Positions 45,901-55,008 of a stretch of DNA of 64,000 nt are shown here, piece by piece. This stretch comes from a virus: IMG/VR virus record IMGVR_UViG_3300045988_075599, positions 6,354-70,353 of that record; one strand, given 5' to 3'. Within the stretch, counting starts at the first letter, position 1. Every line of letters starts with the position of its first letter. The notes beneath the pieces were generated by a model. The model searched no databases and had not been told where the DNA came from. It worked only from the letters and a program-made list of their open reading frames with translations. The translations under genes and the position numbers were made by a program.

Positions 45901-48900
45901 TGTACCAGAAGGCTTGGTTCTTGTAGAAATTCCTGCCTTTCTTTTTGTAGTATGCTTTCATCTTGTCAATCTTGTCACTCATTGTAGCCATTGCCGTAGC
46001 TTTATCTGGCTGACTATGGAGAACAAAGAATACGTCATCGGCGTATACTTTAAGCATAGCGTTCTTACCAGAAGCAGAACGATTCTTACATCTTTCATCT
46101 TTCCCAGCCTCATACGGAAGGTCAAACAGTTCAACAAGGTCTCTACCTCTATCACTGTTGACATTGATTTCAGTATCAAAATACTGTCTCAGCGCTTTAG
46201 TCTGAAGTTTGTCTCCATCAATCGTAAGAAGCTGCTTCAACTGTTTAATGTAAGCGTCACTCTTCGCGTTGAGTTCCTGCTGCCAAGCAATAGCCCTCTG
46301 TGATTCATCAAAGAGACGGTCAGCGTCTGGCTTTTTGATAAGGTCTTCTAACCATCGCATGCCTGGTTTCCATGCGAGCTTGATATCCTTAGCGTGGTTA
46401 AGTTTACTTGGCGATGTCTGAGTAAACGTTTTGTTGCGTTTGTTCGCGATAGTATACAGTAACTGCATAAACCAACCCTGTGGAGAGCCAGCATCCTGAG
46501 ACACATCACGTACAGTGGTGATAGCCCCTTTGCCAGTGCCAACGCTTGTTTTCTTTGCGCTTTTCTTCTTCTGTTCAACTGTAGCGTGTTGGTTCTTCTG
46601 TGTCTCGAAGTGGTGAGTAATGGTTGTATTATCCATAGCAGTAAGCTCTTGAATAGAATCACGTGCCGCATTGAACAGTTCGTTTCTCATTCTAGCTTTG
46701 TCTTTGTTTCTAATCTTGAACGCTGGGTCTCTACTCTGTAATGCGTGGAGAAGGTTAGTAGATTCATACAACCAAGAAGCCATGAAATTAGATGTCTCAC
46801 TCTCCGCGATATTACCGCCGTTAGTTAGCTCTTCTGGCACGGTATCCAGATGGCTGTACGTTTCCGTGACGAGCTGTTTAATCTGAAAGAGTAACGGAAG
46901 CTTATGGTCGATAACCTTAGCACCAAAGATAATGCTAGGAAGCATCATGTTCATGACCAATGCTTCGTAGTCTCCCTTATCGGAGCTATCGTAGAACAGA
47001 CCAAGGGACTTAGCACCAAGTTTGAGGGTGTATCTATCTCTACCTGTCTTCGTTTCATCATAGCCTACCAAGTTTGATTGCGCCCAAATCTTTGCTGTGG
47101 TCGGGATGAGCTTGGATACATCTACGAGGTCTGTTATTGCCAGTATCTGTCTTGCTAACAGACTATCACTCTTGTTCAAAGTTTCAAAAGCAGAAGTAAG
47201 TTCATTGCTAATTGCATCACGAATAACTTTCTCAGCAACGCCACGTTCTTTGCGAGGGACATCTGGAACATCTTCACTTACACGGAGACCGCCGAAACTA
47301 TCGTAATCTCTATAGGTATCAGACTTCGTTGCCAGTTTATACCTACCTTCTGCTACATCCACTGCTACCGCTTGGTCGGTGAATGCGTGCATCAGTTCGT
47401 GGTACACAGTAGAGCGCTGGGCAAGAGACATCAATCTACCAGTGGAGTCGGTGTACCCACTGTTATCAGATAACTTATTGCTAATGTATGGGATTACACC
47501 AAGTACCTTACTTGCAACATTGACAAACAGCTGATGAGCAAACACGTTGTCTGGTTCACCTTTCAGCGGTGTTGCAAACTCAGTACCTAAGAACGCTTTG
47601 TTCTCTTTGCTAATCTTAAACTCGATTCCTGGTGATATCTCCAGATTCTGAGACTGTACGTTTGCGAGTTCTTCTATGCTACGTGGCTGTAACTTGTGCA
47701 GCTGTGTTCCGACATAGTTCTGAGAATGATAGCGCATTCTAAATGCTACTCTCTTGTTAGTCTGAACAGACTCGAATACTTCTGGTGCCGTATGTACACC
47801 ATGGAGTGCACGATTTAACTGGTCAGCGAAAGTACGAATCTTGTCGAACCCATTCAGCCTCTGTGATGCAATGGTTATCAACGAGCACAGGTTAGCAATA
47901 TCGTTATACGTCAGCGTGTCTTTCTGTGCAAGTCTATAGCTAAACGTGTGTAACGAGGTAATTAAACCACCACTACCCATTAACTTATCGTTATGTGCCA
48001 TCATCAAGTAGTTGTAGTGTGGGTCTTCCATGAGGTCGTCAATAGTAAACGAAATGTCCTTACCGTACTCTTCTTTCAAATCTTTCTTATCGATAGAACC
48101 TAAGAACCGTAGCAGGTTAGCGATAGGATTCTCTGTGATATTCACTTCGTCTTTCGTTGTCCACTTCGTAGAACCAGTGTTGTGAATATCGATGCTGTCA
48201 GCTTTGACCTTCTTAATCGGAGAGTTATCTGTAATCGTCAGAGGTTTTACTCTGTATCCATCTTCTTGGAAATCCATCAGGCCGATGGCACCAAATACTG
48301 CTTTTCTGAGGTCGTTATATACCCAAGAGTTTATATATTTGCTCTCTTCAATCTGCTTATCGCCGTAATTTAATTTCGGAGCGCTACGTACATATACAAA
48401 CTTGCCCTTTTGGTTTTTAACGCCTAACGAAATCTTGTTGATGGTATCACGTAAAGCACTCGGGCCTTCCTTTAAGCCTTTGTTTTTCAGTTTCTTCTGA
48501 ACTTCGTTTCTGCTCTGCGCCGCAATCTCCAACTGTTCCTGCGTCATGAACTTATTAACAGCAGCTTCAATCTTATCCATTATCTGTTTACGGATAATTG
48601 CCTGTTTCTTCTTCCTCTTTTTGGCTACCTGCTTGATGTATTCCTCGATACCATTGTTCATGATAGCTTCTTTCGGAAGCCCAGTATCAAGAACCATCAG
48701 TGCTTTTACGATAACGTTATTAGGGATACCAGAGGCATCCTTTTTGAAGTAGTCATCAGCCAGCGTATCAATAGCACCAACTACGGTACCAGAAGAAACC
48801 AAGTAAGTTACACCATTCTTACCTGTGTTAGTGGAGTATGTTGGATTGTTGACATCAGAACCCTGCTTGATAGCATATGGGTCTGTACGCCTAGAGTTCA

Positions 48901-51900
48901 TAACGTTCGGGTCTGCCAGTGCGTCAACTGTCGTTGCTTCACGTGGAGCAATAGATACCATGTTCTCTGGCTGACAGAACTGGTCAAGCTTATCAGCATC
49001 TTCCTTGAACTGTTTATATTGCTCTGGTGTGAGTACATATCGACGGCCATCGTAGGACACAACACGTTCATCTTTGAGTTCAGCTGCAATCTTGCCTCTC
49101 TTCTCCCCGTTGATGTACTTGTAGATTAACGGGTTGATTCTCGTAGACCTATGCTCCTGTACAGCTCTTTCCGTATACACGTTATGCTCCGTTGCCATCT
49201 TGTTAGCGATGGACTTAATCTTAGCTTCGAGTGCTTTAGAGAACAGTACCGCGTCAACCTTAGTAACCTTACGGTCAAGAGCGAAGCCAAGTCTAAGTGC
49301 GGCATCACTATCAGTCGGATAGGAGTGACCAGTACCTGCCATAGCCGCAGCCAGCACATTGCGTCTAGCTTTGTTAATGGCGTTACCCCATCTGTTAGTG
49401 AACTCGTACTTCGCGGTATCATACTTCTCTTGAGTTACTTCACCTCTCTTGAGTTTTGCCAGAAGTTTTTCACTGCATTTTTCCCAAAGGTTGTTAATCC
49501 ATTTATCCGTGAACTGATTCAATCCTTCTGCTACGTGTTCATCGTAACCTAATGCTTTCATGTTGTGAGCGAAGGTCTCTGTGCTTACCTGTTTACGTTT
49601 ATTATCTCTGCTTACGATAGGCAACATATCACTAATGCTAATCTCATCAAAGTTAAACTTGTTGTCGTTAATAAACTGAGCAACAAATTTACTCTTGTCA
49701 AAGATTTCTGCTGGCATCATCTCGGTAGTAGTCTTAGTGTTGAGCCATGGGAATTTAGAAGTACGTCTAGTAACGAGCTTATTAACTTCCTGACCTTCCA
49801 CACGCATCTTACTGATAATATTCTTACTATAGCTTAACCCGAAGAGTTTCTTACCGATAGGATTGCTCTGAACTTCCTGACAAATCTTATCAAGGCTAGC
49901 GTTAAAGTTTTTCATATTAACGTCCCAGAACTCCTGCCCTGCTAATTTTGTCTTCGCTGTCGGGAAGATACGGTTAATCTTCTGAATCAGAGATTGAGCA
50001 TATGCACGAACTTCATCAGCGTCAGAATCTTTCTTATGCTGAGCAAATTCAGATTCTGCTACATCACCATAGTTATCCAGTACGGTCTTAGTGATGAATG
50101 CAATCATAAGGTTTGCTTTCTCTGTAGAGGAGATGAACGCTCCATCCTGATTCTTCTGCTTTAACATCCGCTTATCGTAACTGTTGTTTAATTCGTTACA
50201 CAGCTGAAGCTCAAACGAAATGATAGACAGATAACGAGCGGCTACTGCTGCTTGGAAGTAGTCAACACTTCTTTCGTTCTGAAGGTTAATGTTGTTGCCG
50301 AAGTCGTAGTTAATCGATGCGGCAGTCTTACGCTGCTCAGTAAGTCCACCACCAGTCATATCACGGCTATGGTCGCCAAAGTCGTTCTCGTCATCACCTT
50401 CGAGCACATCTTTCTTAGCTTTCTGCTCCTGTCTATACTTGAGTTTTGCGGCACGTTCTTTCTCCGCTTTTTCTTTCTCTGCGTCTGTTGTCGGTTTAAT
50501 GTGCTTATCCTTGGCGACTTCTGCCAACTCAAGAGCCTGAAGTAAGATATTAGCTTTAGAAATTGCAACTGCTTTACCCTCTTTGGTCAAGGAGGTATTA
50601 TTGCGAATCATATCCTCGAGTTTATTCATCGTGGCTTTAATGTATTCATCAACCTCAATATCTCTTAATCGAATAGTATGACCAGTGATATCTTTCTGGG
50701 ATTCAAACGCCATCTTCGTAATGAAGGTCTTACCATATTCGTTTGCTTTCTCTTTAATCTCTGGAGATACTTTGCTTACTGCATCAAGGATAATCTTCTG
50801 TTCTGCACTATCAAGATGTTGCATGGTCTGGTAAGTATCAAGCGCCGCTCTACCTTCCGGTGTATTGACAACAGAGAGGAACGCAGTCTTAAATGCTTCC
50901 ATAAATGTACGGCCATACTCACCAATGTAGTCACCAGTTTTTTCAGCCTCTGGTAACAACTCTCTAAGTTTATCTGCGTATGGCCCGCGAACCATTGCAT
51001 TATTGATAGCAAGTACAAGTTCCATACGACCAGTAGTCTTTATGCCAAGCTGCGGTGCACGATTGTCTGGTAACAGCCAAGATAGTACGTCATCAAGTGT
51101 ATTGATACCATATTCACGAAGTTCCTTTGGTGTATGGAGCAACCCCATCCACTGAATAGCATCCAATGCCGCGCGTCTTTCTTCTCTTGTCTTTGCATTA
51201 GCACCAGGGAGTAAGTCACCAACTACAGAATACAGCTGCTTAGAATCAAACTTTGGTAGGATAAGACCGCTATCGGCACGGTGTCTAATGTACTGCTGGT
51301 AGTTGTGTTCAAGAACATAGTAGAACCAAGTGTTGAGGCTGGCAACGCTTTGCGCTTTACCATTCTTAGCGCTGTTTTCCATACTCTTACGAACACCGTC
51401 ATATGTGGCAATGGCTGTATGGATAGCACCAGGGATGATATCAAGCAAATCGGCATAACCCTGTGCAAACGATTCTTGATTATCGAAGTCAACAATACCA
51501 TTACGATTAGCGCCAGTAGCTACAGACATACGGTTACGCAGTACGTTAATACCAAAGGACGCAAGGGAACCGAAGAGTGCAGTGTAATGCATCTTAGCAC
51601 GGAACTCTTCTTTTTTTTTTTTAATGATACGGCGACCACCGAGATAGCTAATGTACGTTCTTGCGTCTGGTAACATGCTAATAAGGTTAGCAAAAGACAT
51701 CTTGTTCATGGTGGCGTAATACTTACTTACGAAGCTCTGCATATCGCGTTTAAGTTTACCATTGCGGTATGTGTTGAACTTCTTGTTAGCCTTTTCGTCC
51801 TTAGATTCCTGACTAATGAAGTGGTGCGTGAGGGTTCCATTGTCATTGTTATCTGTCTCTACTGCCTGTGTTTCTGCCTTGTTATGATTCCGAAGCATTT

Positions 51901-54900
51901 TAGAAAGAGCAGCCATAGATGTATGTAACTCTTCAAGACCAGACTCAATATCATTATCGTAATTAACAATCTCGTTCTGCGTATCCTCATCCTCGTTACC
52001 ACCATCATCTTTGTACAGCGGGCTTTCCTCTTCTTCTTTTGTTTTCTTTTCTTTCGACTGAAGCTTACGAGGTTTAGCTTCTTCTTTATTATCTTTCCTC
52101 TTCTCCTCCTGCTTTACTTCCTTCGAGACAGTTTGTTCTGCACGGGCTTCGGAACCTTCTGCTTCGCTGCTCGTCCCATTGTCGTTGAGCCGCCCCTGCT
52201 GATGTGTGTTCCCCCCAGTTTCTGTCCTGGTTTCTGTCTGGTTGTCTGTACTACCTTCGGTGTTTTCGGATGTTTGAGTGTCTTCATTTTTTCCTCCTGT
52301 TGAAATATTCGTAACTGGTGTATTTACCTTATCCTTTTGCGTGATAGTAACTGCACCTTTATTATCAGCAACGCTAATAGTATCCTTAGTGCCGTCTTCT
52401 TTGTCAATGTCAACAACTCTATTGTAATCGTCATCAGAGACCTTCTTCAAAATGCTCACAGCCATGGACTTTGCGGTGTCTTCATTTGCTCTCTTAAAAA
52501 GTTCCCAAGCATTTTTTGACAGATTTACGTAGCCAGCTTTATTGAGCTGACCGATAATCTCACGAGCGTGACTTAATCCATTTGGCTTGTTAATATTCGC
52601 GATAACATTAGCTTTAGAATTTTCGTTAGTATCTACACTCTCTGTTGCTGGCTGGGTAGTTTTACCTACTCCCTGAGACACCTTCATTTCTGCTGTTGAA
52701 TAACTTTGATTTGCAGCATTTTGAGTATTCTGTGCTGCTTGCGTCGGAGTTACCTGCGCTTCCTGTGGTCTTGCCATACCACTAAGAGGAGATGCATTAT
52801 TTCCTTCTGTCGGTGCAGGTGTCTGTGGCTGTTCTGCTTCTTTCTGTGGAACGGCTTCCTGTTTTACCTCAACAGGTTTCTGTACTTTCTGCTGAGCTTC
52901 CTCTACGACTGGCTGTTCTACTGGTACATCAGCAACATCCTCAACAGGCTTCTGTTCCTGTTTATTCTTAGCCACCATATATGCGTTCGGGTCAACGGCT
53001 CTAAGCACATCTCGAATAGCTTTAGTGTCGCCATTGTTTGCTCTATCAAGAAGCGGTTGATTAACTTTCAGGAATCTGCTCTTGGTTTTATCTGCCAGCT
53101 CTTCAGCCTTACCGTTCGGAGCCAGAGAATGAATAATGTCCTGTGCTTTCTGGACAGCTTCTGTGTCAGCATCTTCCTTACCAACACCCTTAATGACATT
53201 TTTAATATCATCTTTTGTTGCATCTAATTCCTGCTTTGCCTGTTTAGCCTGAGCTTTTCTTTCGTTATTACGTTCCCTGATAGCCTGTACTACGTTCTTT
53301 CTATCAAGGTTGGACAGAATATAATAAGCAGCGTTGGTGTCACCCTGCACCGCTTTATTTAACAGTTCGGGAGAGAGCTTTGTATCTCCCTCTGGAATAT
53401 TCTTATTGATTGCATCAATGTCAGCATTGTTGTACGCTCTAGTGAGGATATCTGGCAAATCTGCCATCTTAGCTCTAGTAGAGTCAACAACCGCAGACAT
53501 CGGGTCTTCCAGTGGAGCTGTCCGCGTATCTATATTCATGTCCCTATTCTTATCTATATTCGGTGCGGGGGATATAACTTTAAGCTGCTGTGGTGGTTCA
53601 AGTGCTTCAGGTTCTTTTGGTAAGAACGGAATAGCATCTTCAACCTGTTGTTCAGAACCACTTGTATACTCTGGATTAACAAGATAGCCCGCAAGAGACA
53701 TAGAATTGTCTGTAACTGGCTCCTGCACAGGAGGCAGTGCTTCTGGTGTAATGTAATGTCCAATATAGTCAGACAGGTCTGTGCTATCTGCAAGAGCGTT
53801 AGCAATACCCGTTGTCTGCATCAGGTCATTGTAGTCGCGTTTAGCTTCTACCGTCGGGCCAAGAGAATCAATGTTGTTATACAGATAACGCCCTACATTA
53901 CGTGCACCAGCTACACCAACACCAGATACAAGGGTCGGTAAGAATGCAGAGTTGAACGAATTGATTTCGTCGTCAGTGAAGTTATTCCAATCACCATTTG
54001 AGATATCGCGGAAGAAACTACCAGCGTCAGCACGGTCGTCATCAAACTTATTAGCCATGGCATCCTGTACACGCTGCTGCCATGCTTCCTGAAAGCCTTC
54101 ACCAAATGCGTTTGCAACTCTATTACCAATGAAGTCGATAGGTTTACTAGCCGTAGACAGGCCATATGCAGCTCGTCCAAGTAAGGTGTCTGCACGCGCA
54201 GTATCACCCAGTACCGCACCAGCTACCTTACCACCATTAGATGCAAGAGCGTCAGCAATACCAGCTTTTGCAAGACCTTTGCCAGCAAGGGAGAACAGAC
54301 CACCAGTAGCACCAGTAGCTACATCAAGAGCAGTGTCCATAAAGGAAGAACCAATAAGTTCTGCGTTCTTGTATGGGTCGCCAGTAAAGCTATCCCATGC
54401 TGCTTGGTCAATATCTCCGTCGTATACAGTACCAGTCGGTCTCTGCCCTGCTTTAATCTGTGCTTCGATATTGTCTCTCTTCGCGTCCATGTAACTCTGT
54501 CCGAAGTTAGCACCAACTTCAAGACCAGCACTACCTAAGACGGCAAGAGCAGGAAGAACCGCACCACCGCCAGCGGCTAATGCGGCACCTGCCAACATAC
54601 CAGGAGCAGACGAACCAAGCATAGTGCCAGCGTCACTGTAAAGACCGTGTGGGTCAAGGAAGTATCCAAGAGACCAACGAGACTTATCTGGGTTGTTGTC
54701 ATAGTCGTTAGCCCAGTCAGAGTATCTTGCCGCCTGTCTTGTCAGGTCGCCACCGACTCCCGCTAACCACGGACTATCCGATACTACTCCAACAGCAGTT
54801 AAAGCCCCACCGAGTGTAGACTCGGCAGAGCTTGTAAGACTGTCCCAAAAACTACCAAAGATATTCTGGTCTGGGTCACGTTCAGACGGAACCCAACCAA

Positions 54901-54991
54901 GAGCCAGCTTATCTTGGTATTGTCTGTCTGCCTGGTCTAACGCAGCAGCGAGCTGTGCCCCTGGCTGATAATTATTAAACCTTACTGCCAT
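42938..54991 (-). CDS. giant 4017-aa virion-associated (ejection/polyvalent-type) protein with an HExxH motif
   Basis: A single uninterrupted ORF with SD GAAGGAGGT. It has a Gly/Ala-rich hydrophobic N-terminus, an E/K/Q/T low-complexity region, YHELMHAF (H2531-H2535, nt 47387-47401) and hydrophobic C-terminal segments. It lies next to the lytic transglycosylase gene. Confidence 0.6.
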   Translation of the reverse strand: MAVRFNNYQPGAQLAAALDQADRQYQDKLALGWVPSERDPDQNIFGSFWDSLTSSAESTLGGALTAVGVVSDSPWLAGVGGDLTRQAARYSDWANDYDNNPDKSRWSLGYFLDPHGLYSDAGTMLGSSAPGMLAGAALAAGGGAVLPALAVLGSAGLEVGANFGQSYMDAKRDNIEAQIKAGQRPTGTVYDGDIDQAAWDSFTGDPYKNAELIGSSFMDTALDVATGATGGLFSLAGKGLAKAGIADALASNGGKVAGAVLGDTARADTLLGRAAYGLSTASKPIDFIGNRVANAFGEGFQEAWQQRVQDAMANKFDDDRADAGSFFRDISNGDWNNFTDDEINSFNSAFLPTLVSGVGVAGARNVGRYLYNNIDSLGPTVEAKRDYNDLMQTTGIANALADSTDLSDYIGHYITPEALPPVQEPVTDNSMSLAGYLVNPEYTSGSEQQVEDAIPFLPKEPEALEPPQQLKVISPAPNIDKNRDMNIDTRTAPLEDPMSAVVDSTRAKMADLPDILTRAYNNADIDAINKNIPEGDTKLSPELLNKAVQGDTNAAYYILSNLDRKNVVQAIRERNNERKAQAKQAKQELDATKDDIKNVIKGVGKEDADTEAVQKAQDIIHSLAPNGKAEELADKTKSRFLKVNQPLLDRANNGDTKAIRDVLRAVDPNAYMVAKNKQEQKPVEDVADVPVEQPVVEEAQQKVQKPVEVKQEAVPQKEAEQPQTPAPTEGNNASPLSGMARPQEAQVTPTQAAQNTQNAANQSYSTAEMKVSQGVGKTTQPATESVDTNENSKANVIANINKPNGLSHAREIIGQLNKAGYVNLSKNAWELFKRANEDTAKSMAVSILKKVSDDDYNRVVDIDKEDGTKDTISVADNKGAVTITQKDKVNTPVTNISTGGKNEDTQTSENTEGSTDNQTETRTETGGNTHQQGRLNDNGTSSEAEGSEARAEQTVSKEVKQEEKRKDNKEEAKPRKLQSKEKKTKEEEESPLYKDDGGNEDEDTQNEIVNYDNDIESGLEELHTSMAALSKMLRNHNKAETQAVETDNNDNGTLTHHFISQESKDEKANKKFNTYRNGKLKRDMQSFVSKYYATMNKMSFANLISMLPDARTYISYLGGRRIIKKKKEEFRAKMHYTALFGSLASFGINVLRNRMSVATGANRNGIVDFDNQESFAQGYADLLDIIPGAIHTAIATYDGVRKSMENSAKNGKAQSVASLNTWFYYVLEHNYQQYIRHRADSGLILPKFDSKQLYSVVGDLLPGANAKTREERRAALDAIQWMGLLHTPKELREYGINTLDDVLSWLLPDNRAPQLGIKTTGRMELVLAINNAMVRGPYADKLRELLPEAEKTGDYIGEYGRTFMEAFKTAFLSVVNTPEGRAALDTYQTMQHLDSAEQKIILDAVSKVSPEIKEKANEYGKTFITKMAFESQKDITGHTIRLRDIEVDEYIKATMNKLEDMIRNNTSLTKEGKAVAISKANILLQALELAEVAKDKHIKPTTDAEKEKAEKERAAKLKYRQEQKAKKDVLEGDDENDFGDHSRDMTGGGLTEQRKTAASINYDFGNNINLQNERSVDYFQAAVAARYLSIISFELQLCNELNNSYDKRMLKQKNQDGAFISSTEKANLMIAFITKTVLDNYGDVAESEFAQHKKDSDADEVRAYAQSLIQKINRIFPTAKTKLAGQEFWDVNMKNFNASLDKICQEVQSNPIGKKLFGLSYSKNIISKMRVEGQEVNKLVTRRTSKFPWLNTKTTTEMMPAEIFDKSKFVAQFINDNKFNFDEISISDMLPIVSRDNKRKQVSTETFAHNMKALGYDEHVAEGLNQFTDKWINNLWEKCSEKLLAKLKRGEVTQEKYDTAKYEFTNRWGNAINKARRNVLAAAMAGTGHSYPTDSDAALRLGFALDRKVTKVDAVLFSKALEAKIKSIANKMATEHNVYTERAVQEHRSTRINPLIYKYINGEKRGKIAAELKDERVVSYDGRRYVLTPEQYKQFKEDADKLDQFCQPENMVSIAPREATTVDALADPNVMNSRRTDPYAIKQGSDVNNPTYSTNTGKNGVTYLVSSGTVVGAIDTLADDYFKKDASGIPNNVIVKALMVLDTGLPKEAIMNNGIEEYIKQVAKKRKKKQAIIRKQIMDKIEAAVNKFMTQEQLEIAAQSRNEVQKKLKNKGLKEGPSALRDTINKISLGVKNQKGKFVYVRSAPKLNYGDKQIEESKYINSWVYNDLRKAVFGAIGLMDFQEDGYRVKPLTITDNSPIKKVKADSIDIHNTGSTKWTTKDEVNITENPIANLLRFLGSIDKKDLKEEYGKDISFTIDDLMEDPHYNYLMMAHNDKLMGSGGLITSLHTFSYRLAQKDTLTYNDIANLCSLITIASQRLNGFDKIRTFADQLNRALHGVHTAPEVFESVQTNKRVAFRMRYHSQNYVGTQLHKLQPRSIEELANVQSQNLEISPGIEFKISKENKAFLGTEFATPLKGEPDNVFAHQLFVNVASKVLGVIPYISNKLSDNSGYTDSTGRLMSLAQRSTVYHELMHAFTDQAVAVDVAEGRYKLATKSDTYRDYDSFGGLRVSEDVPDVPRKERGVAEKVIRDAISNELTSAFETLNKSDSLLARQILAITDLVDVSKLIPTTAKIWAQSNLVGYDETKTGRDRYTLKLGAKSLGLFYDSSDKGDYEALVMNMMLPSIIFGAKVIDHKLPLLFQIKQLVTETYSHLDTVPEELTNGGNIAESETSNFMASWLYESTNLLHALQSRDPAFKIRNKDKARMRNELFNAARDSIQELTAMDNTTITHHFETQKNQHATVEQKKKSAKKTSVGTGKGAITTVRDVSQDAGSPQGWFMQLLYTIANKRNKTFTQTSPSKLNHAKDIKLAWKPGMRWLEDLIKKPDADRLFDESQRAIAWQQELNAKSDAYIKQLKQLLTIDGDKLQTKALRQYFDTEINVNSDRGRDLVELFDLPYEAGKDERCKNRSASGKNAMLKVYADDVFFVLHSQPDKATAMATMSDKIDKMKAYYKKKGRNFYKNQAFWYREDTGTLVFYACPDTRMKDGKFKNLFIAHPSNEDGTGVKGRANMKVRLQKQVLKECERFRRKAMKDAGYAQPIIDRFIASQALYRALLMNAYSREQKRAMQNDDIINRTETGFLHAYAPRYYSRYILQKEVWNEIDEEQVNPKSVKAGFIIQKDGKYYQVITYSIGSFESKRDRAKYRNEHPIGKNERYVEKTRDEWLQEQGGGRTDIVGNVDPSIGALTDEDIEKGKNRATDDIPDRLAQFIRKKFNASEKWEGEDSIEKIIDALRNMDEQDEEEFGKYKPRLIRTAKMIRVSKNKVQTFRQVSDALKASGAQYLAANYSRERTSDNGLYSHDVIGSLKHYLHTVNSVEALTPFYRDMTQTIYKYTGRNYDRTKRDSYYSPYNIMCELVDNMNGRDKPVDGFMRRLSVMVVDAIYAVPGMRNILNACGVYLPDMWLPALLHNSIAVNVYLKLGMFNVSTALAQYAQLANVYALGGESAFAYAMKKMPGILAKAHKPSDILKNEFDVSAYGKEIQQVMADLYLTKQGKSLFEQEGENAFQEALKRGDKSAIELQAFDEMYGTLTGKDSEIAINDMAAQLGNAGSAYEGDSVIDLLPKTGKNILNLGMGGFRGADLSCRLFAALVAQHLLDTSPKYKKFRESKSELGEEEYNMQRMLMIRDFVYRTNFNFNRATDPLLLAKGGQLAKCVFQFASYGFQTFDFMSWMLKNKKSTELKRFLGTMMLFSGVISGIPMMTMISGMSQAITGTNPEDWIKSFILKAVGKRGPVPQAIGEALCYGIAAPVLGVDISKKVGLSDIMKDPTDLRNLGGPSLGTAIDFSSAVGASYDAILYDKYTTDQLMFAWLKAVPAASRWLQAARGQYYSYSKLMPKTEYQSMSNADRAKNFMGFNPIENKLDTDINRFITDENQEYSNKAKDAMIAYVNNPTEANLKKLQDYGKTPEQAHKTVDKYIKPKITAEQAEKMVTKSKSEEAEIVRSDVRALGNLLS

Positions 54992-55008
54992 GTAACCTCC
55001 TTCATATA

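Noticed and set aside
42938-54991. Giant protein as an N4-like virion RNA polymerase, or as a crAss-type two-barrel RNA polymerase
   Set aside because: I could not find T7-like polymerase motifs or a DxDGD/NADFDGD-type metal-binding loop by eye. Size alone is not evidence. This is left open for profile searches.
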